From: Oopsacas minuta
Taxonomy: Eukaryota; Animalia; Porifera
Assembly: GCA_024704765.1 (NCBI GenBank)
Contig: JAKMXF010000337.1
Location: 1-64,000, forward strand
Length of the DNA: 64,000 bases
Direction: 5' to 3'
Part shown: positions 25,250 through 38,289 of the stretch, in pieces
How the letters are laid out: each line of letters begins with the position of its first letter
How positions within the stretch are numbered: position 1 is the stretch's first letter
Made by a program: the position numbers and the translations under genes
Notes under the pieces: generated by a model
Database searches by the model: none
What the model saw: only the letters and a program-made list of their open reading frames with translations
What the model was told of the DNA's origin: nothing

Positions 25250-25950
25250 ATAACCTATCATTCAAATTTCAATCATCCATCATTATTGGCTGAGCAGTGG
25301 AAAATAATATAAATTTTCGAAACTAAAAATCTGCCCTGAGGGTCCTCCAGTTTCTTCAATCAATCTGGACATTAAAAATGTAAATATCGCTTTGCATGCA
25401 ACATATGAGATAGAATTATGCGTAGATATCTTATGACATCTCACCATTTTGGGAATTTTTCAAATCCATCCAATATGGACTTCACCGTGTTACATTTGGG
25501 GTAGGGTCACGGACGTCTTCTATAAGGTTACATGAGCTGACAATTTTGGCGAGTTTTCATGCAAAATCACCAATCAGCATTTTGGTAATAGAAATGTGCT
25601 TATAAATTGAATCATTCCACTAGTTTGGGAATTTTCAAATTCGACAAACTTTGACCCCACTAGGCAAAATCTTGTAATAGGGTCCTCGAGCAAATACATT
25701 AGGTTCACAAAATTAAACATGAATTTCTCACAACAACTATTTTAGGAAATATCGAACCATATTTAGAGTGGTCCAGTAAATACCTTTGGAATGCCAGCGC
25801 CTCAAGCCTTTGGGAATCCTGGTTTTGATGATATTTTGAGATTGGACCCATCCCAAATTAAATAACATTGAAACAACGAATTTGCCATGTCTGATCGATT
25901 TCAAATTTAACTCAAAATCTACTATAGTTATGGAGGCAAACTCACGGTTG
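25250..25950. repeat. Highly degenerate ~175-185 bp tandem-like repeat
   Basis: TTTGGGAAT recurs near 25450, 25625 and 25810; the intervening similarity is weak. Confidence 0.3.
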
Positions 25951-26515
25951 TATAAAACACTACAATACAAGAGCTCAAAAATTCTTTATGCTAGTCAATA
26001 TTGCTCATACACTAGTACACTTTCGTTTTAAGACATTTAACTGTAAGAATCGATGACAAGACAGCTCAGAACACTTAACGCATTGCTAAAGGAAAACGTG
26101 TGAATATATTAGTCAACAGTGTCAAAACCCCAAAATTCACGGAATGCAGTAAAACGAGGTGGAAATTTCAGTCTCAGAATTCATTACATTAATAATCCTT
26201 CGCTCGTATCGGTATAGTAGAGTAATTTTGAATAATGCTGTGTTATGAAGCGGGTATTATAGTCCAATAAATGATCCTAAACATAACCTAATCATGTATT
26301 TTCATAAATCAGTCAAAATCAAATGATGAAAAATGAGAGATAGGAAAGCTCAATCATCAGATCGTAGATATTTTAGGAAAAATCAATCAAAAATCATTGA
26401 TTTGATCTGAATAAATATTCATGAAATAACCAGCCTTTGGCTCGGCGCATTGAGCCTCGAGGTATCAATTATTCTCCAAATTGACGACTCCTTTGAGTAT
26501 TATTATATAAATATA

Positions 26516-29500
26516 CTAGCCACAACGCCGCCCTCTGGGCGGCTTTTTCTGCTAGTTCCTGCGGAATGCTTTTCGGGCCTTCGGCCCTCACGATTGTTTT
26601 TTGGAGTTTGCGAACGCTACGCATCCGCATGTAATAGCTCTCAGTGAACAATTATGGTAAGGCAAGTGGATATACAATGTTAGCAGTTTTGACATCTTTT
26701 GCTAATATAAACAGATTTCGAGATGAGCCTACTCGAGAACTGCCAACATACAGCTGTCCATGTGAAAAGCACATAGATTCCAAGTATAGACCGACCACTT
26801 TCAAAGATTGTCCTTGAGACTTGTTAATGGGCATCGCAAAACTCAGCCTAACTGGAAATTGGAGTCTTTTGAATTCGAATGGCATGTCTACAGGGATGAG
26901 TGGGATTCTGGGGATAAATACATCTTCTCCTGTTCCAGGTCCAGTTAGAATTGTAGCTTCAAGTACATGGGGCATCATGGATTTCACTGCCAGTCTTGTT
27001 CCATTGCAAAGCTTTGGAGCATACAGGTTTCTGATACGCATGATAGGTGCTCGGATTTTGAGTAATAAGCTGTGAGGTGGTAATCCTGGTGGTTGCAAGG
27101 AGTCTAGAAACTCAGTTGGATATTGTACAGCATCATTCTGCTCAACTACGGTGTCTATTGATTTGTAGGTGGTGTTATGACCTGGTAGTTTGTTAAGCAA
27201 AGACATGTTTATTGCTTCAACTTTGTCATTTCTTGGAGCTAGCATAGCCCTTTCACAGAGCCATTTTTTGTTTGTGAAGTGGTCAATGATGTTTGGATAT
27301 ACTTTATCCTTTAGTCATCTCCTGTTTCAACAATCTGCCCGAATTCTGCTGGGAAAGTGATCTGTCCATCAATAGAGTCTGGAGCCAGGGTTCCATTACC
27401 ATCCTGTAATAATATGTTTGCAAAGTGACCAGCTGTGGTATCATTCTGCAAGTGCACCCTCATGTTTGTTGATAAGTGTTATTTTTCAACATGTTGCCAT
27501 AGGCATGATGCCTTGAGACATGCATGTAGCTCATCAACTGGTGTGCTTCTTGGAATAAATGGCAGTGTTTGACGAAAATCTCCTGCGATGACTAAGGAAT
27601 ACCTCCAAATATAATGTTGTTGTCTCGTATGTCCCTTAGGGTTCGGTCTAGTGCTTCAAACGCCTTCTTGTGTGACATGGTGCATTCATCCCAGACGATG
27701 AGGTGGCACCATTCCAAGACGGTTGCAATCCCAGAACCCTTTTTGATGTTGCATATCGGAGTATCTTCATGAGTTAGGTTTAGTGGCAATTTAAAAGTTG
27801 AGTGAGCAGTTCGTCCTCCTTCCAATAATGTTGCTGCAATGCCTGAAGATGCTACAGCAAGTGCTATCTTGTTTTGACTTCGGAACTTTGCTAGGATAAG
27901 ATTGATGAGGAAGGTCTTGCCAGTTCCACCTGGAGCATCGAGGAAAATAATTCCTCCACTCTTTGCTAGGACTTTATTGATTACTGTATGGTATGCAGCT
28001 GCTTGATCCGGTGTTAGGAGGGGTTCATTATCTACTGTGAAAGATTCGAGATCTTCAATGCAGTAGCTTGTTGCTCGCAAGAGTTCCCGATTGGTGGTAG
28101 TGTTTGTGGAATAATCTGGAGATGGTATTCCAAAATCTCTCAGAATCTTGTCACTGAGGGACAGAACTAATTCCTCAAGCTTTTGCAGTGCTATGTTATA
28201 GATGGCTTCAGTATTGATGGATTCAATGGTAGAGTTGTCTTGATGAAACTGACAGAGCACATCTTCTGAAAGGCTGTCCTTGTGAGTTCCCACAGTCCAT
28301 TTGGATTAGACAATCCACATGTTTATTAGCATGATAGTAAATAGGTATCTGAGTTTGGTAGGGGAGTCAGTAGTCGATGCTTCTGTTAATGTATCATTCC
28401 AGTGAGAATCATTCTCTAGCAGACCTCTCTTGTTACATGCCTCTCTGTATGTCTGACAAATGTGGCCATCTACAGTTCTCAAATCGTCAAATGTGGTAGG
28501 ACCGTGGACGTGGTGTAACAACATTCTCAGGCAGAAGCACTCAAAGTTGTTGGGATGGATTGTGTACACCCTGCCAAGAGCATCACTTACCTTGATTCCA
28601 GGGAATCCCTCTACTTCTGCTCCTTGGGTACGTCGTGTGAACCTTTTAGTGCTATGGCACCATGTGTAGTACTTGGGAACATTGACATAGAGTAAGGGTT
28701 TGGCAAAGTCATCTTCCCGGCAAAGTTGGAAGAATGCAGTAAGGGTAGATTTGCTTGAGCTTCTAACTGTCGGTGTACACTATCTTGTGTGAAGTAGACA
28801 CGCTGGCCGTTTTCTAAATGAACACTCAAATGTACCACAGTTGGATATCGTTCGTGGATCGGGAAGCTGAATAATCTCCAGAGTGCTTCCTTGTTGGTAC
28901 TCAGTAATTTCATCCTTTCTGACTGTAGTGTAAATATTGCTTGATCTGTTCCTTTGTTGATGTATTTACACACATACTTGATGGACTTTATTGAGTTGCA
29001 GTATTCCACGTTGATATGGGCATCAAATGCCTTGCACAACAAAGGACTGTAACTGACTACCAATTTGTTGTTAACAGTGATGTACTCTTGATTCCCTCTT
29101 GAATGGTCACAATGAAACCACCATCTTCAGGTGCTCTTCTTCTGTATTTTGGGTATCCGTCATCACTAGATTGGGTTTCATTCACTAAGCGCTTTGGAAA
29201 GTCTTTAGTGCACCGGCCATCCTTCATGCACCGGGAATTCCTGTTGAGAATTCCACACGGTCCATGTATCATCTGTTTACGGATGGTGTTGTAGAGTTCT
29301 GGATCCTCCTCGGGGTTAGGAAATTCTGCACTGATGCATTGATCTATGGTTGTGTGGGCGAATTTTTTCTCTCAGCCATATCAGTATGTGGGAATGAGGA
29401 AGACCACGTTTCTGCCACTCAATTGAGTACATGTGACACATTGTCTTTCTAAATGCAACACCTTTTGTAAGAAGGTCCATATATTTGAGTAGCTTTTGCT

Positions 29501-32114
29501 TAAATACTCTGGCAACGATGTCGTGTCTGTTATGTGGTTTTTGTCCCATCATTAATGATTCAGTAATCTCAGGCCAGAGTGGATTACATGTAAAGGCGAT
29601 GGATAGATCAGGTCTGCCGTAATTTCGGACATATGTCATAGCATCCTGAGTTCCCTCGTGCATGTAGCGAGGGCTTCCGGTAAATGAAGAAGGTAGAATA
29701 ACCAATTTTCCAAAATCATGTGGATTTCCATCAGTGACTACGGCATCTCGTAAATGGATATAATCATCTACACGTAGTTTCTTTTGATGTAAGCGAATGA
29801 ACAACAGGCGTTCTGTCTCTACCTTAGCGTACATATCAACAACAATTTGGTTGAATAAAGTTCTGCGGCGGTGAATAAGATTAAAGTTGTCATCACGTAA
29901 GATGAAACGGTAAGCGTAAAAGTCCATTGAGGATACCTTATATCTAACCTCTTTCTTCCGATCTTTGGGTCTGTTTGTGAGATCTTAAAGTTATCTCCGT
30001 CCTGGCCCTTCCAGAAAATAAGTGGATATTGAAGTGTGTCATAGGCTCGATAGGTTTCAGAGATTCTGAGAAGACTACTGCACCGTTTTTCCAAAATAAT
30101 GTCTCTTCTCTCAAATTCTTGTCCAACAATCAGAATTGCAACCTCATTAGTGACTGGAGCATTGAATCTTCTTTATGTTCGCCATCAGGATTATTGTCAG
30201 CTTTAATTATGACCTTGTATTCTACTTCCAACTTAGACATTCTCTCTATTGTAGATTTGAAAGAAGACACATAGGTGTGGTGTCGATGTAACATGTCTTG
30301 GAGTGAGTGGACAATATCGTATCTTACTCCTGGAATAGTGTCGCATCTCTAATTAGTTTCATTAGCATCATTCCCCATGAAATATATTTGTAAGAATTGT
30401 GGATGCTCATCAGGTAGGGGAAGCAAGGATCCAGCTGTATGGTACACTTGACCTTGTGTTTTGAAAGTTGGCATGTATCCAGATTCTCTTGTTTCTTTCG
30501 TTACTCCAAAAGAAGTCATTTGGAAGCAAGAATTATACTTTCGTATGTTTTCCAGGAAGTGTCTTGATTCAGATGTCTCTCCTAGCATTAAACGTTTCAG
30601 TGGCTCTGATAGATCCTCTAGATCATGTAATTGTACTTTCCCACTTTTACAGCACATACCTAGAGTTTCTCACTTAAACTTCTTTGCCTTGCAAAATGGA
30701 CATACTTCTGTCATGCCGTAAATGATCAGACATGGTTGGTTTTTGTAGTCAAAGTTTGCATTATAGGAGAAGGCGGCATTCATAAGATTGGAATTTTTAT
30801 TTCTTGTTGTTTAAATTTTTGTTTTCATTGTTTGAAGATGAGCTTCTCTTTGTTGCTCAGTTTCTGAGCTCCTGGAGAGTGAATTATGTATCCGGGAAGA
30901 TTCAAGACGGGCTTCTCTTTGCTGCTCAGTTTCTGAGCTCCTGGAGAGTGATGTATGTATCCGTTTAGATTCAAGACGGGCTTCTCTTTTTTCTTCAGTT
31001 TCAGTTTCTAGTTTTCTTTTCTTCCTTGCAGCATCACGGATACGTTTAGCATCATCATTAACTCGGGAACATTTTTTCGTTATTTAATCAGTTGTGTAGA
31101 TGGTGTTTGGATATTGTAGACAATTGTTACGTAATTAATTTTTCATGTTATTAGTTATATTTATATTACACCGTTACAAAGTTTGAGTCGGTTTATCTAG
31201 GATTTCACTTGTAATCACTTGGACCAATCAGATTATACGTAGGAATAGGTACTGTTATGCAATACAGTTGTATATTGATTTGGTACATTCCGATTGATTA
31301 TTCTCTGTTACTATTGCGTCATTGAATACTGGTACCAATTGATTCACATGGACATGGTATAGTTCTTATTGTGCATTACATTCCGATTAGACATTTTACT
31401 GTTGCGTCAATTTCAGCTGTTTCTATAGCCGACTATGATATTACATTCCTATTCTTTAAAATAGAATAGAATGACATGTTTCCGAACATATTGGGATCTA
31501 CATAATGTAAATGACGGAGAAGTATAGTAACCTAGTACGGAATACGCTACAGAATAATACTAATTCAGTATTGTACGTAGCATTCCGTACCGTATTCCGT
31601 ACCGTTATCAATTTTGTACTAATTGCATAGGAAAATATTCGGATAAGATGTACATCGGTAGTATGTACTATTTCAATAACGGATCATCAATTTTGTACTA
31701 ATTGTATAGGCAAAATATTCTTGTTTGTTTCGTATAATCTTCCTTTTTTGTGAGAAGTTAGGTATCACTTTCTCCGCATTATTCCACGGGATCAATAAAC
31801 TGTGAATAGTAACTATTGTAATTGGTAGAATCTGATTGAACCAAATTCCCAGGCATATTCATAATATACGAAGGAAGGAATCTGACTGACCAACGTTGAC
31901 CAATCAGATTCCTCCGAAAATGCATTGATTTATATGGGCGAGGTGTGAAAAATTCACATATCTTGCCCAAAAATGGTCCAATTCAAAAAATATTTCTTAT
32001 TTGGAAAGGTTGAGTACTACTTAGTCGACACACAAAATTTGGTTCGAATCGGTCCAGGCATCTCTGAGAAAACGCGTGGACACACATACATACACTTTGT
32101 TTTATATATATAGA
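26516..32114 (-). mobile_element. Full-length Helitron, 5599 bp
   Basis: 5' end A|TCTATATATATAAA at 32114. 3' end has hairpin GCCGCCC-AGA-GGGCGGC then CTAG|T at 26516. Inserted between A and T. Confidence 0.9.
26652..31072 (-). pseudogene. Helitron Rep/PIF1-helicase (RepHel) pseudogene
   Basis: N-terminal ETEQQREARLE repeats and CPFC...CC zinc motif; Rep motifs GRPDLSIAFTCNP, EWQKRGLPHSHIL (HUH) and KYVCKYINKG; helicase motifs DAPGGTGKT, WDECTM, QFPVRLSFAMPINKSQGQSL and HGQLYV. Many frameshifts. Confidence 0.95.
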
Positions 32115-32119
32115 TTTAG

Positions 32120-32832
32120 AACATTATAATTCACAAATATACGCATATGGCAATTATGTTATTGAAATATTTTGTAAAATCAAACCCTTTTGCACCCGTT
32201 GAGTGTAAGTAATGTAAATTTTGAGATTCTACTAATTCGTTTACTTTGTATTCATAAAAACAACAATTAATTTACATATGAGAAACTTGAAAATGCGAAA
32301 TTCGATTGCAGTGGTACTAATTACCCCGGGGTAGCTGTTTAGAGCAAGCCTGTATCTATATTTTGAGATTGGGATAATTTGTTTGATATATATTCATAAA
32401 GAACAATAAATTTACATGAGACATATAAAAATGAGAAAATCTGGCCCAGTTTAGTGTGTACCCGTGTGTAGCCGTTTAGAGCAAACTTATAAATACATAT
32501 ATATATATATTTCGAAATTTGACAAATTTGTTTACTTTATATTCATAAAGACAACAACAAATATACATGGGATTAATCCAAAAGTGTGAAAATCGGATTC
32601 AGCATGTTCATGTTTATCAGGGAAGTATATAGAATTCAATGTAACTTCATTAATGAAGTGTAGAATTCAATAAAACTTCATACTATATAAAGTTTTATTG
32701 AATTCTATATACTTCACTGATAAACACGACACATACATAGTTATGGGACAATTTCAAAATTGTATAACGTAAATCCTTTCCCTGACAACGAACAAACAAC
32801 CAAACAAACAACAATTAAGATGTAAAACTAGA
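32120..32832 (-). mobile_element. Non-autonomous Helitron-family copy abutting the autonomous element's 5' end
   Basis: Minus-strand start A|TCTAGTTTTACATCTTAATTG followed by a GTTT-type microsatellite; internal subrepeats shared with 53040-53600. Confidence 0.55.
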
Positions 32833-34819
32833 TTTATGCAAAACACCGCAAGAAGGCACCCAGGCAATTTAAAGCATTATGGGACATTCCTTATGTTAAT
32901 GCTAACGATTAATTTCAACTGGTTAAACTTAATATCAGGTGAAGAAATTAAATTTATCATCATCCCAAATTTGATCACTTATACGTCTTCATCAAGGGTA
33001 CATCTATTTCCTCTCTGAGTCTGGGCCCCTCAGAGTTCGGTCGTCGTTCCTCAAATTGATTACCCAGGTGGTCCCTGCTATTTGCCAGACATATTCCATC
33101 GAATCTAGAAGAAATCTCCAATACACTCTAATGTGATTTTTCTAAAGATTATTTCGCAATCCTGAAAATGGCCATATAAGGGCATATTGAAGATAAAGTC
33201 ACAATGATACGAGATAACAAATCAAAATGTATTATGAAGGTGTAGGAAGTTGAATGTGTATTATAATATGGCTATCTTGATATTACTATAATTGTAACGA
33301 GTATCGAGTTAAAAGTTAATATTGACAAAGAAGTGCAATCAATGGTTTCAACTGTAACTCAAGAAAGAGACTATTTGTGGTATTTTTATTTAAAAAATAT
33401 TTCGAATATTTCATATTTGAATTTGTGGAAATCAAAGACCATTATTGTCGTTTTATAGCACTAGCTTTCTTCCGACCACTCACCTTATTAGCCCATAACA
33501 TGACGTCTTTTCCACTTGACAATATTTCCAGAGGTAAATTGTGTGATTCATCACTCAAATTTGTGAAACATGATAATAGCTTCAGTATATATGCTAATAT
33601 CACGAGTTATTAACTTTGAATTAACTACAATGCTCTTCGATTTATCCTTTGTTCCAGAAAATAATTTTGGTTTCCAGTTCTTATATTACGTAGTTCACTT
33701 ATCCCCTAATTTTAGCCTCAAACCACCCGAACATAATGGTAAAACACAACCCAATAGACAAATTATTAGTAAACATTGATGATATATCAATTATTGCAGA
33801 AGTAGCAACAGTATGTTTAGAACATGATATAAAATTTCATGGCCCTATCCTTAATAGTTTATATGATATTTGCTCCCAAAGCCAATTTTTCCCTCATCGC
33901 CATCCAGAGCCGAAGCAAGCAGGCTCATATTACTTAGTTTAGGTATCCCTACAAAATATATGGAGGGACCAAAGGTTGGTCCGGTTGGATAAAACTATAC
34001 CATTAGTGGACCAAATGTTGGTCCGGTTGAAACTAGACAAAGTGGACTGTCTGCTACTGCCATGCCTCCTGTAAAGCAGATTTTTGCTGCCAGAGGGCGG
34101 TGGCCATGAAAATATCTCATAAATTGCCTCTATGTTGATAGATATCGATCTGACTATATAGCTCTATGAATAAATGGACTATTTATGCCTAGGGATAATG
34201 AAATTTTCTATAATTTTAGCAATAAATGGCCACTTATTCAGGGGGCTAAGTATTGCTTCTTCTTACTCGATATCTCAGGCCTTGTAGACCGCCATTTCTC
34301 TTGGCTCAAATGCAGACTCGGCCTGTATGCCAGCAATATTCCAAAGCTCAACGGTTTTGGATAGATCTCAGCATATATGAAAAATAGTCTCGCACGCTCC
34401 AGCTACTTATAGTAGTTATAACTTCTTCTAAATAGTTTTTATTGTTAAAGCGCGCCGACACAGAAAAATGTATTCAGTAGATGCCAGACTAATCCGGTTA
34501 TAAGAACTCTAGCTCGATTTACCGAATATTTGTATATTATTCTATTGAATCATTGCCATATACAAGAAAATACTATTCAGGATATAAGAACGTTATTCAA
34601 CATATAAGTTAACAATTTTGTAATATTATCGATATCCTGGAAATTTGATTCGCATCGTGTAATTTTCGTAAGTTTCTGAAATGAAATCAATCTTTAATAC
34701 AAAATCTACCACAATAATGACGCATTTGTGTGTATTACGTTATAGATCACTGTAATGGCGTCAGATTTTAAGAAAAAAATAAAATGTGAATCAGGGTTAC
34801 CCGATGAGGTGCCCACAAA

Positions 34820-34961
34820 GTTCTTGCCAAGTTCCTGCCAAGTTTTTACCAAGTTCTTGCCGAATTAATGCCAATTTCATGCCAAGTTCTTAGCAGGTTC
34901 TTGACGAAGTTAATGTCCATGCCAAAGTTCATGACTCTTGCCATGTTCTTGCAAAAGCCAA
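34820..34961 (+). repeat. 11-bp minisatellite, consensus GTTCTTGCCAA, about 12 degenerate units
   Basis: GTTCTTGCCAA GTTCCTGCCAA GTTTTTACCAA GTTCTTGCCGAA ... read directly. Confidence 0.8.
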
Positions 34962-36349
34962 AATCTAAGAACTCTGTTCTTGGTGTGGCAATACTGGTGG
35001 TAATGGAAAAAGTGAAATGTATTCAAATCCGTGAGTCTTACTTCTGATCCATGAGGCTTGACAACTATGTATTAGAAAACGGTTGCCGCATACACCTATA
35101 CAATTTATGTGCGTGTTAAGAGTATGTCTTGAAATCCTGAGACAGTGAATATCGCTTATAAGAACCATTGTTGGATATACACATGTAAATCGAAAACCTA
35201 TCAGGATTAACTTTATTAACTTCATGAAGAACACACATGACATACATTTATCAGAATATATTTAGACTAGCGCTTCCTAAATACATCTTATTAACTGATT
35301 ACGGCTGGGAAAAACATGAAATTTAATGACGTTAGAAAGGTGCTGAGATGGACTAAAACGTTAGTATTCGTTGTTGTTACGAACGTAACACTTCGGCGTA
35401 ATCGGTTAGTCAGAAGTCATTGGAGCAATGATGCTCGAATTAGGTATGACATGGGAAGGTTAATATAGGATGGCACGCCCCTGGCTACGATGGATTGTTA
35501 AAATTGACGTATGTTTACAACCCGTCAACCAAGTGACGGAATATGTGGTGTGCACAGAGGTACGCCGTTTGGAAATTGCAAAGATTTTGACTTTTTCATA
35601 CACGCTCAAATTATATCTCATTGATGAAAAACAAATTAGCAGCCATTTAAAATGAAAGAAACGTGTTGACTTGAATCGTGTTTTTGACGGACTTACCGTA
35701 CAGCTGGAGAAAAAATCTTGTTATTATTCGAAAGTATAGTGTTGGTGGATTATGACCCGAATTGTAAATATGTGTGATGACTTAGCATTGAGGTTTTGAA
35801 TATTTTTCCATTCGTGTCAACTATAATGTGTTATTTCACAGGCTACTCATTATTATTTTGAAATAAGTTTTCTTCGACATACGATTGAGGGCTGCTGGAT
35901 TATGTGTTTAAAATTTCTTTTAACGATGTTCATTACTTTTCAAAATATTGTATTTTGAAAAATTAAACGAAGAAGTTAGACTAGGTTCTTTTATCACAAA
36001 TTTGACTCACTTATACTCATCAGATATAAGCGAAATTAGTATCATTGGAAAGAAGAGAGTTAAACGATTTACGCAATATGTTGTGATTTTAAAAATGTTT
36101 ACCTTTAGTTATTTTTTTGGCTAAAATTTTTAGTGCAAGGGCTCCCTTGAATTTATCCACCTAAAACTCAGAATTCGATTCTTAAATTTTATGCGCATAC
36201 TTTGGTGATATGGACGTTTATGAAAAGTAAATTAATTAAAAAATATTACAAACTTGCGAGCTAGAAGAAGTTAAATTTTAAGCTGCAGTAGGAGTGTTAG
36301 TGGATGAATTATATTCTACATAAAGTAGTATCAGTTCAAACTAATGTTT

Positions 36350-36535
36350 TTTACCCTAAAACCGACTGAATGTCAATAATTTTATGCAAATCGATAGTTA
36401 AGACATAGAAGTTTATACTAATATCGATATTTTCATGAAACACTACAAATTATCACCAGCAACGGCCTGCAATTATTGATAAATTTTTCAGATTTTTTGT
36501 ATATTACGAATTCTAACTTTGAGATCAATTCCTGA
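36350..36535. repeat. Dispersed repeat with an inverted paralog at ~49085-49262
   Basis: CAACGGCCTGCAA and TAACTTTGAGATCAATTC are the reverse complements of TTGCAGGCCGTTG and GAATTGATCTCAAAGTTA at 49.1 kb. Confidence 0.7.
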
Positions 36536-36786
36536 AGTTATTTCTCTTCAGAACACCTTCAAAATTATTGTTACCTTCTTTCGTATCTTATACTTCAAAT
36601 CCTTATAAAACACAGGAGGTAGCTAGTACTGTTTTATAATTTTTATGATTATATTATTTTTTTCTTTCTCATTTTTTCAGTTGCTTCACTATAATTATTT
36701 CTTTTCAAGATAGTAATTATTACTTAGACTATATTCGAAAGACTATAAAGGGTGCAACAAAATTGATGCCCTATTCCATTATACTA

Positions 36787-38123
36787 CAGGGTGTCTCAAA
36801 ATTATTGCCCTATTATCGTTCTAGCTATAAATCGTAGAAAAGAGGAAAATATTAGCATTCATTTGGATATATATTTACCATCCAATTCGATGCAAGTTTT
36901 AACTCTTTCCGGCATTCCATCTACTAACGCTTGCAAAAAACTTGGCTGTAGAGCTTCCCAGGCAGATTCGAGCTGCATTTTCACGTCCGAAATAGTTTTT
37001 GCCGGCTCCCTCTTGTTCAGTTCTTCCTGAAATATCCCCATAGGTTGTCAATTGGATTTAAGTCAGGAGAGTTCCCCGGCCATTGAGTTTTCTCCCAATA
37101 GTTTGGTACGTTCTCCTTGCACCAACCTTGGGTCATTTTGGACGTGTGAGCAGGGGCACCGTCCTGCATAAAAACAACCTCTGTTATATTTGGTACCATT
37201 TTCATCCCCAAAACTGATCCATTATTTTTAGTTCTGCGAAGGGTATCCAAACAAGACTTAGCCAGGATCTCATCTATATAATAGGCTGTATTCACTGTCT
37301 GTTTGGGAGGGTGAAGTGTAATTTCGATATAGCTCGAAAGCTCATCATCCCCCAAACCATGAATTTCTCGGAAATTTCACCGTTACCTGTCGCATGATAT
37401 TCGAGCTATTCTTGGCCCATATCCTATCATTTTGGTGATTTGTTGAGTGAAATAGCTTGAAAGAAGATTAGTCAGACCAAAGGACGTTTCTCCTTTCAGC
37501 AACAGTCCAGTTTTGCTTTGTCAGACAGAAATTTAATCTGTTTTCTCTCTGTTTTGCAGAGAGTTTTGGCTGTTTGGGTCGCTTATAGAGCCTAACTCAC
37601 AAATATTTTGTTAAATAGCGATGAATGGTGTCTTTTGAGACAGGAGCACACGTTCTGGTAATTTGTTTAGCAATACATCGCGTTGACTTGTGTCGTTTCC
37701 CAAGAGATCTTGTAGTAGTGATTCTGGACCGCCTTTTTAGCTTTTTGGCCTTCCAGCCCCCTTTCTATGTTGGAAGTCTTTTGAAGAATTATACTGTGCC
37801 AACCATCTCCGAACCTTTCGGAAATCCTTTCTAAGTTTGTTTGCTACATAGTTCTGAGTAGAACCTGCGAGTAACATACGATAGCACGATTTCTAGCCTT
37901 AATTTATTTTCATTGGTGTCCATATTGGGCAATAAATCCAGTCGGGGCAAAGAGAACAAAAATTTTTAAATACTTATAAAATAGCAGCTATAATATTTCG
38001 AGTTGAATAACAGTTATATTTCAATTCTTCAATCACCATAATTAATGTCTATACTGTTTTAAGGTTCAGTTATAACATATTTTGTGCTATAGCGCAATAG
38101 GGCAATAATTTTGAGACACCCTG
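36787..38123 (-). mobile_element. Tc1-family DD37E-spaced element (A) nested in element B
   Basis: Perfect 28-bp TIR CAGGGTGTCTCAAAATTATTGCCCTATT with TA duplication; 1337 bp. Confidence 0.95.
36859..37923 (-). pseudogene. Tc1-family transposase pseudogene (element A)
   Basis: VLWSD, QNDRIWA, KFMVWG, FMQDGAPAH and WPGNSPDLNPIDNLW. 37 residues separate the second D from the third acidic residue (D in this copy). Confidence 0.85.
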
Positions 38124-38289
38124 TATGTACTAGGCACCACACCTCTTATTCTTTCCTAAAGCTACTCAATCCTTTTTCTATTTTATTATAATGCACCTAG
38201 CTGATATATCCATACTAGATATATTATATTACTCCCTCTATCTACATTGCCAACTGATAAAATTCTTTGAGTTATATCTCAAATAATTT

